Source of the DNA: Bacteroidota bacterium
GTDB taxonomy: Bacteria > Bacteroidota > Bacteroidia > Palsa-948
Direction of reading: 5' to 3'
DNA length: 64,000 bases
Assembly: GCA_003164895.1 (NCBI GenBank)
Contig: PLUL01000039.1
Coordinates: forward strand, 4,307-68,306
Numbering within the stretch: the stretch's first letter is position 1; each line of letters opens with the position of its first letter. A model generated the notes under the pieces. The model searched no databases, was not told the origin of the DNA, and saw only the letters and a list, made by a program, of their open reading frames with translations. Shown piece by piece: positions 46,987 through 55,946 of the stretch. The translations under genes and the position numbers were made by a program.

Positions 46987-48204
46987 ATGAAAAAATCAAT
47001 TTTGCTTTTCGGATTTATTGGGGGAATGTTTTTATTTCCATTCAATGCAAATATATTTGCTCAATCAGGAACTGATTCTACGGTTATTAAGTTGGCACAG
47101 GAAGTAAATTCTCTGAAGGCAGGAGAAAGCCATTTTTTGGTAGTTGGACTTACTACTTTCGGGTTTGTGAATTCTTCAACCACTACAAATGGAATCAAGC
47201 AAAAACCATCTTCTACAAATACATTTGATGCAAATCATTATGAATTTAGTCCAATGTTTTTGTGGAGGCATGGAAAAAATCTTCTTCTTGAATTTGAGCC
47301 ATCGTTTGACGGCAATCAAATTGGTGTGAACTGGGCTTGCGCATCTTATTTTGTTACTCCCGGATTGATCGTTCGTGGAGGTTATTTTGTTTTGCCGTTT
47401 GGAATGTATAACAAACGCCTTGCTGCCGGATGGATTGACAAAGTTGCTACCGATCCAATTGGCGTGGCTGATGCTCCTCCGGCAAGCGATTGGGGAGTTG
47501 AAGCAGAAGGCGGTCTTCCGCTTGGTTCCATGAAATGCAGTTATGATATTGCGATTACAACAGGATATCAGATGCTTCACGACAAATTGCAAGATGGTGC
47601 ATTACAAAATCCGAATGGATCAGGATTGACTGATAACAACAACAATAAAATGGTGAGCGGACGTTTTGCGTTGCTTCCATTTTCAAATTCATCTCTTGAA
47701 ATAGGCGTGTCTGGAATTTTTGGAAAAGTTGGTGATACAAATGATTCCCTCTACAAAGATGCAACCACCACCATGTATGCCGGCGATATTACTTATTTAG
47801 CGGACATACGACCTTTTCTTTTGAATATAAAAGGACAGTATAATGTTATCAATGTAAATAAAGGAACATTTCCTAATCCTGGTGATTCTACCAAAACATA
47901 TTCTTTCTCTAATACTTCAACTTCTTATTTCGGACAAATTTCTCTGCGACCAGTTTCTCTTCGTAATAAAATTATTAGAAACTTTGAACTTGCATTTCGT
48001 TATGCAAATTACATAACTCCAAAAGGCTCTTTGTGGGAACAGAATTCAACTCAAACAAGTATTGGTTTGGATTATTGGTTAAGCTGGAGGTCAATTATCA
48101 AACTTACCTATGAAACAGTAAATTCAAATTATGCTTCAATGGGAATTTCGGGAGATAAAACAAAAACAAATTATGTTTATCTGCAATACTCAGTTCAATT
48201 TTGA
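46987..48204 (+). CDS. Porin-like outer-membrane beta-barrel
   Basis: Signal peptide ending FAQ, 405 aa, alternating strand pattern, C-terminal YLQYSVQF. Paralogue at 53973-55229. Confidence 0.6.
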   Translation: MKKSILLFGFIGGMFLFPFNANIFAQSGTDSTVIKLAQEVNSLKAGESHFLVVGLTTFGFVNSSTTTNGIKQKPSSTNTFDANHYEFSPMFLWRHGKNLLLEFEPSFDGNQIGVNWACASYFVTPGLIVRGGYFVLPFGMYNKRLAAGWIDKVATDPIGVADAPPASDWGVEAEGGLPLGSMKCSYDIAITTGYQMLHDKLQDGALQNPNGSGLTDNNNNKMVSGRFALLPFSNSSLEIGVSGIFGKVGDTNDSLYKDATTTMYAGDITYLADIRPFLLNIKGQYNVINVNKGTFPNPGDSTKTYSFSNTSTSYFGQISLRPVSLRNKIIRNFELAFRYANYITPKGSLWEQNSTQTSIGLDYWLSWRSIIKLTYETVNSNYASMGISGDKTKTNYVYLQYSVQF

Positions 48205-48217
48205 AAAATTTATAACG

Positions 48218-48493
48218 ATGAAAAAAATAAATATAAAAAACCTGATTGTTGCTTGCTTACTATTTTCTATTCCGGTATCAACTATAATCAGCGGATGCGC
48301 TGCAAGTGCAAAAGTAGCTGCCAAAACCGGATCACAACTTTGGTCAGAAAATTGCCGCCGATGTCATAATACTCCTCCTGCCACGGCTTTTTCAGCAGAT
48401 CAGTGGGAAACAATTGGATTGCACATGCAAAGCCGAGCGTTGCTCACCGAAACGGAAAAAAATAAAATAGTTCAGTTTCTGAAAGGAGAGTAA
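48218..48493 (+). CDS. Mini (~70-aa mature) CXXCH lipoprotein, putative monohaem cytochrome
   Basis: Start taken at ATG 48218; lipobox IISGC. GSQLWSENCRRCHNTPP...DQWETIGLHMQSRALLTETEKNKIVQFLK is paralogous to 55282-55551. Confidence 0.6.
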   Translation: MKKINIKNLIVACLLFSIPVSTIISGCAASAKVAAKTGSQLWSENCRRCHNTPPATAFSADQWETIGLHMQSRALLTETEKNKIVQFLKGE

Positions 48494-48568
48494 TTGTGAA
48501 AATTTTTAAAGCACTTAATAATAGAATGAGAGAAATGAATAAAGATAATAGTCGTCAGCTAATTGTTT

Positions 48569-49030
48569 ATGCAACTTGAAAAAGAAATACACCAAGTCAG
48601 ACCATTCAGGAATGATTATCATAAAGCCACAGTTAATCTTATTTATTCCGGCAAATGGGTTTTGCAGTTTGTTACGGATTTTCTGAAGCCATATAAATTA
48701 ACTCTCCAGCAATATAATATTCTTCGCATTTTACGTGGAAAATATCCTGAAGCTATTACGGTAACATTTATTCGTGATAGAATGCTTGATCGGATGTCAG
48801 ACGCGTCAAGGTTAGTCGAACATCTCAGAAAAAAAGAATTGGTTATAAGAACTACTGCAGGTTCTGACAGGCGCAGAATGGATGTTGTAATTACTGAAAA
48901 AGGACTTGCCTTGCTTGAGGAAATTGAAAAAGAAAATGATCAAATGGATAAACGGCTTGCGACCTTAGATGAACAAGAAGTTGTTCAATTGAATTTTCTC
49001 CTCGATAAACTCAGGAATATCTTGCCTTGA
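48569..49030 (+). CDS. MarR family transcriptional regulator (paralogue of 36936-37424)
   Basis: MQLEKEIHQVRPFRNDYHKA... The first ~70 nt are nearly identical to the other copy. Start taken at ATG 48569 rather than the upstream TTG. Confidence 0.8.
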   Translation: MQLEKEIHQVRPFRNDYHKATVNLIYSGKWVLQFVTDFLKPYKLTLQQYNILRILRGKYPEAITVTFIRDRMLDRMSDASRLVEHLRKKELVIRTTAGSDRRRMDVVITEKGLALLEEIEKENDQMDKRLATLDEQEVVQLNFLLDKLRNILP

Positions 49031-49285
49031 TTTAATTTATTTATTATTTCCGTATCCCGCATCCCTTCTTCTTTATTAATTGCGATATTTTCTAAATCCA
49101 AAAACGAGTATTCAATTTCGTTTTTCTGTAGTATTTGTTTTGCTAATTTTCCCTGATAAATAACAAGTATTTAGCTAATCAAAATCATTGGAGGATTTTG
49201 ATTATATGATGTGATTTGCAAATTATTAATCAGAAAAAAAGTTCCTAATTCAAAAAAAACAGAAAAATATTTCATCAAAATTCTT

Positions 49286-49303
49286 AACTGATAATTATCA
49301 GTT
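49286..49303. promoter_or_regulatory. Perfect 18-bp palindrome AACTGATAATTATCAGTT (TGAT-N4-ATCA box)
   Basis: Perfect inverted repeat in the 481-bp leader, 209 nt upstream of the ATG at 49512. Confidence 0.5.
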
Positions 49304-49511
49304 CAATGACATGGAATAAATATTCTTCACTATGAAACCATTTTCAATGATGCAATTTCGATTCGAAACTTGTCTATTTCTCATATTAAAAAGTGATATA
49401 AAACAAATTTTTTACTAATCAAAGTCATTGTGAGGGTCTATCACTTTTCCCAATATTGCGCAATAATTTAATGAATAAAAAAAATAAAACAACAACCAAA
49501 TACTTTTACCT

Positions 49512-52346
49512 ATGAAAAAGTTAATCTTTACATTAGTCTCGCTCGCGAGTGCAGTGCTGATTATTTTCAGCACGTTCTCCTTGTCTCATTCAAGGAGTCA
49601 GAAATTAGTTCCCTCCGCCAGATCGGGAGGACCAGCATCAGGACCGGATGGTGGGCAATCATGTACTGCTTGCCATTCCTCGTATTCGAGTTCATTTGCA
49701 AAAACAGGATGGATCACTTCAGATATTCCTGGAAATGCCTATGTGCCTGGAGCAACTTATAATATTACTGTTACAGTAAATTCTAAAGGTTACAAACATG
49801 GCTTTGAAACAAGCTGTCAAACAGCAACAGCATGTGTAGGAACCTTTATCTCGAATGATTCAACACAAGTACTTTATGCTGGAACAAATTCATGGATTAC
49901 ACACTTAGATAGCATTACTGCCATGCAACGTGTTCCACAAATTGTTCCTTGCCAAAAAGGTTTCTATGGAACTCATCATAATCAAAATTCCCATTCTTGG
50001 ACATTCCAATGGACAGCTCCAACTGCTGGCACAGGCACAGTAACAATTTATTCAGCAATGGTTGCAGCAAATGGAAATGGAAGCGATAATTTAGCTGCCT
50101 ATCCACAAACATCTTGGAAAGGTGATTCTGTATTTACTTCTTCACTTGCACTTACAGAAAATACTACAGCAAATTTTTCAAGTATTGTAAAACCATGCGG
50201 AAGTTCCAGTAATGGTTCGGCAACAGTTAACGCTACCTTTGGAACGGGTCCTTATACATATTTATGGACACCTTCTGCTCAAACAACTTCTAATGCTACG
50301 GGTTTGGCAGCAGGTAATTACACTGTTAGTGTTCATGATGCTTTATCTGCAAGTATGAATTTGCATTTAACATTACAAAACGGCGTAAGTGCAATAATAA
50401 ATGATCAAAATACACCAAGTTGCCCAGGTGCAATTGCCACACATGCTGTGCTTGCTTTGGGTGGAACAACTCCTTATACATATTTATGGAGTGGTGGTGG
50501 ACAAACCACTTCATCGGTTACTGGTTTAATTCCTGGAACATATTCAGTTACAATTACGGATGCGGCTGCTTGTTCCACTATATATACTTTTAATGCAACA
50601 GATAAACAAGCTTTTTTTACTTATTTCTATAACTGGCAGGATAGTAATGTAACTTGCAAAGGCGGAAACAACGGCTATGCAAAAATACAAACTCGAAATA
50701 ATATTACCGGTTCTTTAGCTTACTCATGGAATTCCGGTCAAACAACGCAGACAGTAACTAACTTAGCAGCAGGTACATATACCTGCACTGTAGTAAACAC
50801 AGGTACTGTTACCGGATGTACAACAACGGTAACTACTACATCCACAGTTACCATTACTGAACCGGCAGCGGCACTTACTGCATCAATAACAGCGCAAAAC
50901 AACGGTTGTAATAATGCAAATAACGGCACTGCAACAGCTTCTGGTTTTGGCGGAACTGCTCCTTATTCGTATGCTTGGAGTAATGGCTCAACAACTTTTC
51001 CAGTGCAAACCACACCAACGGCTACTGGTTTAGCACCAGGAAATTATTCTTGTACTGTAACTTGTTACGGTACATATGTAACTTCGCAAGATGTTCCTCC
51101 ACTACAAAGAGCAACTTCAAAAGTTGGTTCGTGTTATTCAATAGCTACTGTAACAATCACAAATCCCACAGCCCTTACTTCAACGGTTACCAGTACTAAT
51201 GCAAGTTGCAATATTTCTAATGGAACTGCAAGCGTTAGTGCATCGGGTGGAGCAGGAAGTTATACATATTTTTGGTCTAACTCACATACAACTGCAAGTA
51301 TAACAGGACTTAATGCTAATTCATACGGTGTTATTGTAACAGATGCCAACGGTTGCACTTCTGCAGGTGTTGCCAATGTTATTAACAATGGTGCTCCTAC
51401 TGCAACTGTAACACCAACTAATGCGTTGTGTCATGGCGGTAATGGCAGTGCAACGGTAGCAGCGAGCGGTGGAACCGGAGCATTCTCTTATGTATGGAGC
51501 AGCGGTTCAAGTACATCGGCAGCAAATAATCTTGCATCAGGAAATTACACAGTAACCGTTACCGATGCAAGTAGTTGCTCAACAACAACAACAGTAACTA
51601 TTACTCAGCCAACCGCTGTTACAGCATCCGCTTCAGTAACTGCAAATGTTAGTTGCAATGGTGGAAATGATGGCAGTGCAGCAGTAACAGCAGGGGGCGG
51701 TACTCCAACTTATAATTATGCTTGGAGCAATGGTTCACCAAATCCAAGTGCCGGGCAGCTTACTGTTGGAGGTTATACAGTAACTATAACTGATGCCAAC
51801 GGTTGTACAAAAATTGCTTCTGTAACAATTACTCAACCTATTGTTTTAACTGCTACAATGAGTTCTACTGACCAAACAGTTGCATCTCCTGCAAATGGAA
51901 CTGCAACAGCAAATCCATCCGGCGGATCAGGAGCATACTTATATGCTTGGAGTACAACTCCAGTGCAAACTACATCCACGGCTACGGATCTTGATGATGG
52001 AACTTATTCAGTAACTGTTACTGATGCTCATGGTTGTACACTTACAAATACCGTAGTTGTTCTCAGTACCGTGGGTATTAATACGATTGATTTGGAAAAT
52101 TCAGTTTCAGTGTTTCCTAATCCAAACCTCGGAGAGTTTAATATTACTCTGAATGCTTCTGTGAGCAATAATTATGTGATTGAAGTGCGAAATTTGCTAG
52201 GACAAGTAATGTATAACGAAACATTGACAAACTTTAGTGGTAATTACATTAAACATCTTGATGTAAAAACTTATGGCGGAGGAATTTATTTCTTGAATAT
52301 CCGAAGCAATGAAAATCAAGTGGTGCGCAAGGTGGTTGTGAACTAA
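49512..52346 (+). CDS. Large T9SS-sorted surface protein: CXXCH Reeler/DOMON-like N-domain + ~8 SprB repeats
   Basis: Signal peptide, GGQSCTACHSSY, WTFQWTAPTAGTGTVTIYSAMVAANGNG (same domain as 32165-32992). About 8 repeats follow of the type C-x-G-x-x-NG-x-A...GG-x-x-PY-x-Y-x-WS...GTYSVTVTDA-x-GC. T9SS tail VFPNPNLGEFNITL...GIYFLNIRSNENQVVRKVVVN. Confidence 0.7.
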   Translation: MKKLIFTLVSLASAVLIIFSTFSLSHSRSQKLVPSARSGGPASGPDGGQSCTACHSSYSSSFAKTGWITSDIPGNAYVPGATYNITVTVNSKGYKHGFETSCQTATACVGTFISNDSTQVLYAGTNSWITHLDSITAMQRVPQIVPCQKGFYGTHHNQNSHSWTFQWTAPTAGTGTVTIYSAMVAANGNGSDNLAAYPQTSWKGDSVFTSSLALTENTTANFSSIVKPCGSSSNGSATVNATFGTGPYTYLWTPSAQTTSNATGLAAGNYTVSVHDALSASMNLHLTLQNGVSAIINDQNTPSCPGAIATHAVLALGGTTPYTYLWSGGGQTTSSVTGLIPGTYSVTITDAAACSTIYTFNATDKQAFFTYFYNWQDSNVTCKGGNNGYAKIQTRNNITGSLAYSWNSGQTTQTVTNLAAGTYTCTVVNTGTVTGCTTTVTTTSTVTITEPAAALTASITAQNNGCNNANNGTATASGFGGTAPYSYAWSNGSTTFPVQTTPTATGLAPGNYSCTVTCYGTYVTSQDVPPLQRATSKVGSCYSIATVTITNPTALTSTVTSTNASCNISNGTASVSASGGAGSYTYFWSNSHTTASITGLNANSYGVIVTDANGCTSAGVANVINNGAPTATVTPTNALCHGGNGSATVAASGGTGAFSYVWSSGSSTSAANNLASGNYTVTVTDASSCSTTTTVTITQPTAVTASASVTANVSCNGGNDGSAAVTAGGGTPTYNYAWSNGSPNPSAGQLTVGGYTVTITDANGCTKIASVTITQPIVLTATMSSTDQTVASPANGTATANPSGGSGAYLYAWSTTPVQTTSTATDLDDGTYSVTVTDAHGCTLTNTVVVLSTVGINTIDLENSVSVFPNPNLGEFNITLNASVSNNYVIEVRNLLGQVMYNETLTNFSGNYIKHLDVKTYGGGIYFLNIRSNENQVVRKVVVN

Positions 52347-52365
52347 GGTTAAGTATCTTTTTATT

Positions 52366-52399
52366 AAAAAAGTCCTCCGATTTTTCGGAGGACTTTTTT
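52366..52399 (+). terminator. Intrinsic terminator
   Basis: AAAAAGTCCTCCGA-TTTT-TCGGAGGACTTTTTT: 9-bp GC-rich stem with flanking A and T tracts, 20 nt after the stop. Confidence 0.75.
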
Positions 52400-52432
52400 A
52401 GTTCTATCTAAACTAAAAACAAAATTTTATAT

Positions 52433-53206
52433 ATGAACAATATTCAAAAACATAAATTGATTCACGGTTGGAATCCTGATTTACCAGACCATCGTGATTT
52501 TTTGTATGAAGCTCCTTCACTCATTTTGAAAATTCTTCCTCCATTGATTGATTTGCGTGCGCAGTGTCCGCCTGTGTTTGATCAAGGTGAATTGGGAAGT
52601 TGTACAGCGAATGCAATTGCTGCTGCGGTTCAGTTTGAGCAAATGAAACAAAAAGAAAAAAACTCATTTATTCCTTCTCGGTTATTCATCTACTATAACG
52701 AAAGATTTATTGAACATACTGTTAAATATGATAGCGGTGGTATGCTGCGCGATGGAATAAAAACTGTGAGTAAGCAAGGTGTTTGTTCGGAAAAAATATG
52801 GCCGTATAATATTTCTGAGTTTACAAAAAAACCATCCGCTCAATGCTACAAAGAAGCTCTAAAAAATGAAGTTTTGTCATATCACCGAATAGCTCAAACA
52901 TCGGAACAAATGAAAGCTTGCCTTACAGAGGGATATCCTTTTGTTTTCGGATTTTCTGTTTATGAAAGTTTTGAAAGTGAAGAAGTGGCAACAACGGGCA
53001 TTATGCCAATTCCTGCAAAGAACGAAAAGTTACTTGGCGGACATGCCGTGATCGCTGTAGGATATGATAATTCAAAACAAAGTTTTATTATCAGAAATTC
53101 TTGGGGAACGAAATGGGGAATCAAAGGATATTTTTATATGCCTTACTCTTACATAACCGATAGCAATAAATCCGATGACTTTTGGACCATACGATTGGTG
53201 GAATGA
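52433..53206 (+). CDS. C1 (papain) family cysteine peptidase, no detectable signal peptide
   Basis: Catalytic Cys motif DQGELGSCTANA, His motif GGHAVIAVGYDN, Asn/Trp motif IIRNSWGTKWG. Confidence 0.75.
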   Translation: MNNIQKHKLIHGWNPDLPDHRDFLYEAPSLILKILPPLIDLRAQCPPVFDQGELGSCTANAIAAAVQFEQMKQKEKNSFIPSRLFIYYNERFIEHTVKYDSGGMLRDGIKTVSKQGVCSEKIWPYNISEFTKKPSAQCYKEALKNEVLSYHRIAQTSEQMKACLTEGYPFVFGFSVYESFESEEVATTGIMPIPAKNEKLLGGHAVIAVGYDNSKQSFIIRNSWGTKWGIKGYFYMPYSYITDSNKSDDFWTIRLVE

Positions 53207-53409
53207 ATGAGTTTTACTAAGTAGTCTGGCATTTGTCCTGTCTTGTTTACGTACAACTTAATACCCAAAAACATTCAGGTTGAACAATATGAGTAAAATC
53301 ATATTGTTATATGATTAGCGTCATATTATAATTCAACAAACAATCATATATTTGATTAATTAAATGTTACAACAATAATTGTTAATCCATGAAATGTAAA
53401 AACATCTTT

Positions 53410-53417
53410 TATCTTTG
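53410..53417 (+). promoter_or_regulatory. Candidate -7 promoter element TATCTTTG (TAnnTTTG)
   Basis: Matches the Bacteroidetes -7 consensus, 114 nt upstream of the ATG at 53531. No clear -33 element was seen. Confidence 0.3.
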
Positions 53418-53530
53418 CAAACTGTTTTGAATAAAATAAATCGAAACTATCGGTTAACTAAAATTATAATACCAACACAGATAACCCCAATTTATTGACA
53501 AAAAAATAAAACAATTAAAATAATTTCTAC

Positions 53531-53956
53531 ATGAAAACAACTATTCAACCCCCAGTACTCATGACACTCCTTGTTATATGCGGAGCAATTTTGTTTATGT
53601 CATCAACCTTAAAAAAAGTTCAGCAAACAACACCATGGGTGGCACCTTCGTCGGCTGATACAATTAAAAATCCATTGAAAGGCAATGCACAAGCGGCAGA
53701 TGAAGGAAAAAAATTATACGCTCAGAATTGTGCAGTATGCCACGGCGACAAAGGAAAGGGAGATGGAATTGCAGCGGCAGGATTAAATCCTAAACCGGCA
53801 AATCACACTTCAGAAAAAGTTCAAATGCAAACTGACGGAGCAATTTTTTGGAAAATGACTACAGGAAGACCACCAATGGCATCGTATGCAACAACATTAA
53901 GCGTAACACAACGCTGGCAGTTGGTGAATTTTATGCGCACTCTAAAGAAAAAATAA
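53531..53956 (+). CDS. Class I monohaem cytochrome c
   Basis: CAVCHGDKGKGDG, GRPPMASY, WQLVNFMRTL; same family as 36402, 41120 and 46539. Confidence 0.8.
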   Translation: MKTTIQPPVLMTLLVICGAILFMSSTLKKVQQTTPWVAPSSADTIKNPLKGNAQAADEGKKLYAQNCAVCHGDKGKGDGIAAAGLNPKPANHTSEKVQMQTDGAIFWKMTTGRPPMASYATTLSVTQRWQLVNFMRTLKKK

Positions 53957-53972
53957 TTATCTAACTATAAAT

Positions 53973-55229
53973 ATGAAACCTATGAAAACACTTATTAAAA
54001 CAATCACAATAGGAGGATTCATGTTATTCAACTTTGCAACAGTTAGCAAAGCGCAAGACTCAACACAAATAGATAAGCCCAATAAACCCGGTGGAAGTAA
54101 CACGAAGTTTTTACTTGCCGGAAAAGCGCAGATGTCATGCACAAATACAATTACTCAAATGCCCGGAAGCCCAGATGTAAAGGCAAACACTTTTTTTCCG
54201 GATGCGTTTATGTTGATGCCATTAGTGAAAGTAAATAACAAACTTTTTTTAGATGCACAGATTGAAGTTGACGCTAATGGAATTGGAGGTGGGTCGTCAA
54301 TTAATCTGAATGAATTAATTGTCTATTATAGAGTCGCTCCCGCTCTTAGCATTTTTGCAGGAAACTTTAGTCCTAAATATGGTTTGTATGCAGGTGTGTT
54401 GGATGATTTTACCAATCGTTATTGCACTGACCCAATAGGAATGAGCAGAGGACCAAGTACACAAACAGGAATTGGTATTCAAGGTGGAGTGCAGGCAGGA
54501 TATTCTAAATTTAATTACCAATTGTATGTTGCAAACGGACCTCAAATGACGGTGGATAGCACAACTAAAGGAAGCAACAATCTTACAGGACAATTGACCT
54601 ACGGAAATTACTCAGATAATAATATGAATAAAGCAATAGGAGGATCAATCGGTTTTCTTCCTTTTTCAAATTCTTCTCTTCAAATTGATGTATCTGGACA
54701 ATGGGCTGGAAAAGTAGGTACTACTGGAACTCCTTTTGAAAACATCAGCAGTACATCATTTGCCGCAGATCTGAATTACTATCATGTGTTTAGTCCTATT
54801 ATGGTAAGAGTGTTGGCAGAATATAATAGTACAACTACAAAAAATTATAATTATCCTTGGTATTCTGATTCTACAAAATCATCTTATTTAATACCGACGT
54901 TTAATAATCAATTCAGCGGATGGTTTTGCGGAGCTACTGTGCGCGCTTCGGGATCAGGACATGCATTTCTAAGCAACCTTGAATTAGGTGCACGTGTTGG
55001 CGGCTACACTCCACCAAGCTATGTTAATGATAAAGATAAATATACTAATTATCCGAATCAGACGGGATTACAGTCACCTTGGGGAGAAAATCCTGAAACG
55101 CAAACCACTGTGTGTCTCACTTATTGGTTAACCTGGAAGACACCGCTTAATATAGCTTATGATGTTCTAAAGATGTCCAATGGACCAACTGTTACTACTT
55201 ATACAGCAAGATTGATTTACTTTTTCTAA
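53973..55229 (+). CDS. Porin-like outer-membrane beta-barrel (paralogue of 46987-48204)
   Basis: Signal peptide ending KAQ, 418 aa, shared blocks (TDPIGM vs TDPIGV; GGSIGFLPFSNSSLQIDVSG vs SGRFALLPFSNSSLEIGVSG), C-terminal ARLIYFF. Confidence 0.6.
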   Translation: MKPMKTLIKTITIGGFMLFNFATVSKAQDSTQIDKPNKPGGSNTKFLLAGKAQMSCTNTITQMPGSPDVKANTFFPDAFMLMPLVKVNNKLFLDAQIEVDANGIGGGSSINLNELIVYYRVAPALSIFAGNFSPKYGLYAGVLDDFTNRYCTDPIGMSRGPSTQTGIGIQGGVQAGYSKFNYQLYVANGPQMTVDSTTKGSNNLTGQLTYGNYSDNNMNKAIGGSIGFLPFSNSSLQIDVSGQWAGKVGTTGTPFENISSTSFAADLNYYHVFSPIMVRVLAEYNSTTTKNYNYPWYSDSTKSSYLIPTFNNQFSGWFCGATVRASGSGHAFLSNLELGARVGGYTPPSYVNDKDKYTNYPNQTGLQSPWGENPETQTTVCLTYWLTWKTPLNIAYDVLKMSNGPTVTTYTARLIYFF

Positions 55230-55281
55230 ATAATTAACTACGACTTAAAGAAAAAAAGAAATCATAAAAAAAATTAAAAAT

Positions 55282-55551
55282 ATGAAAACCACAAAACATA
55301 TCTGCATTGGTGTAATTGTACTTATTATCGGTGTAATCATTGGCAACGGATGCAAAGTTCCTGAATCTATTGCCAATAAATCAGGAGCGCAACTGTGGGG
55401 AGAGAATTGCAATCGCTGCCACAATGCACCCGATCCCAAAACATATAGTGATGATCAATGGGATGCAGCTACCGAACACATGAGGCAGAAAGCGATTCTT
55501 ACCAATACCGAAATTAATAAGATCAGAGTGTTTCTTAAATCAGCAAATTAA
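55282..55551 (+). CDS. Mini CXXCH lipoprotein, putative monohaem cytochrome (paralogue of 48218-48493)
   Basis: Lipobox IGNGC; GAQLWGENCNRCHNAPDP...DQWDAATEHMRQKAILTNTEINKIRVFLK. Confidence 0.6.
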   Translation: MKTTKHICIGVIVLIIGVIIGNGCKVPESIANKSGAQLWGENCNRCHNAPDPKTYSDDQWDAATEHMRQKAILTNTEINKIRVFLKSAN

Positions 55552-55552
55552 A

Positions 55553-55879
55553 ATGTTAAACGGTAATCAATATTTGTACACCATGTTTGACCAAAACAAT
55601 AAAAAAAATAGTCGGATTGATTTGTCCGAACCATTGCAGGCAATAAGAGAATCTATCATTTCGATCAGGCGGACAATAGATTTCATGAATTCACGCAAGC
55701 ACAAAAATGATAAGGAAGAACAACCCATGTTTGAAGATATTCATAACCTGCTTTCATCTCTCAGCCATGTGTTGAAACACAGTATTCATCACGCAAAAAA
55801 CAAGGATGAAATTCTTCAGGTAAAACAAACACACGATTTGGTAAATGAAGCGTGCTCGGAGTTAAAACAAATATTATAA
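55553..55879 (+). CDS. Small cytoplasmic helical His-rich protein, function unknown
   Basis: The start codon lies 1 nt after the previous stop (TAA-A-ATG). No signal peptide; His-rich stretch HNLLSSLSHVLKHSIHHAKN. Confidence 0.4.
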   Translation: MLNGNQYLYTMFDQNNKKNSRIDLSEPLQAIRESIISIRRTIDFMNSRKHKNDKEEQPMFEDIHNLLSSLSHVLKHSIHHAKNKDEILQVKQTHDLVNEACSELKQIL

Positions 55880-55946
55880 TCAATCATAAATTCATAACAA
55901 ACTGTTTATATAAATCAATCTTCATCAACCAATAAAATCAAATACA

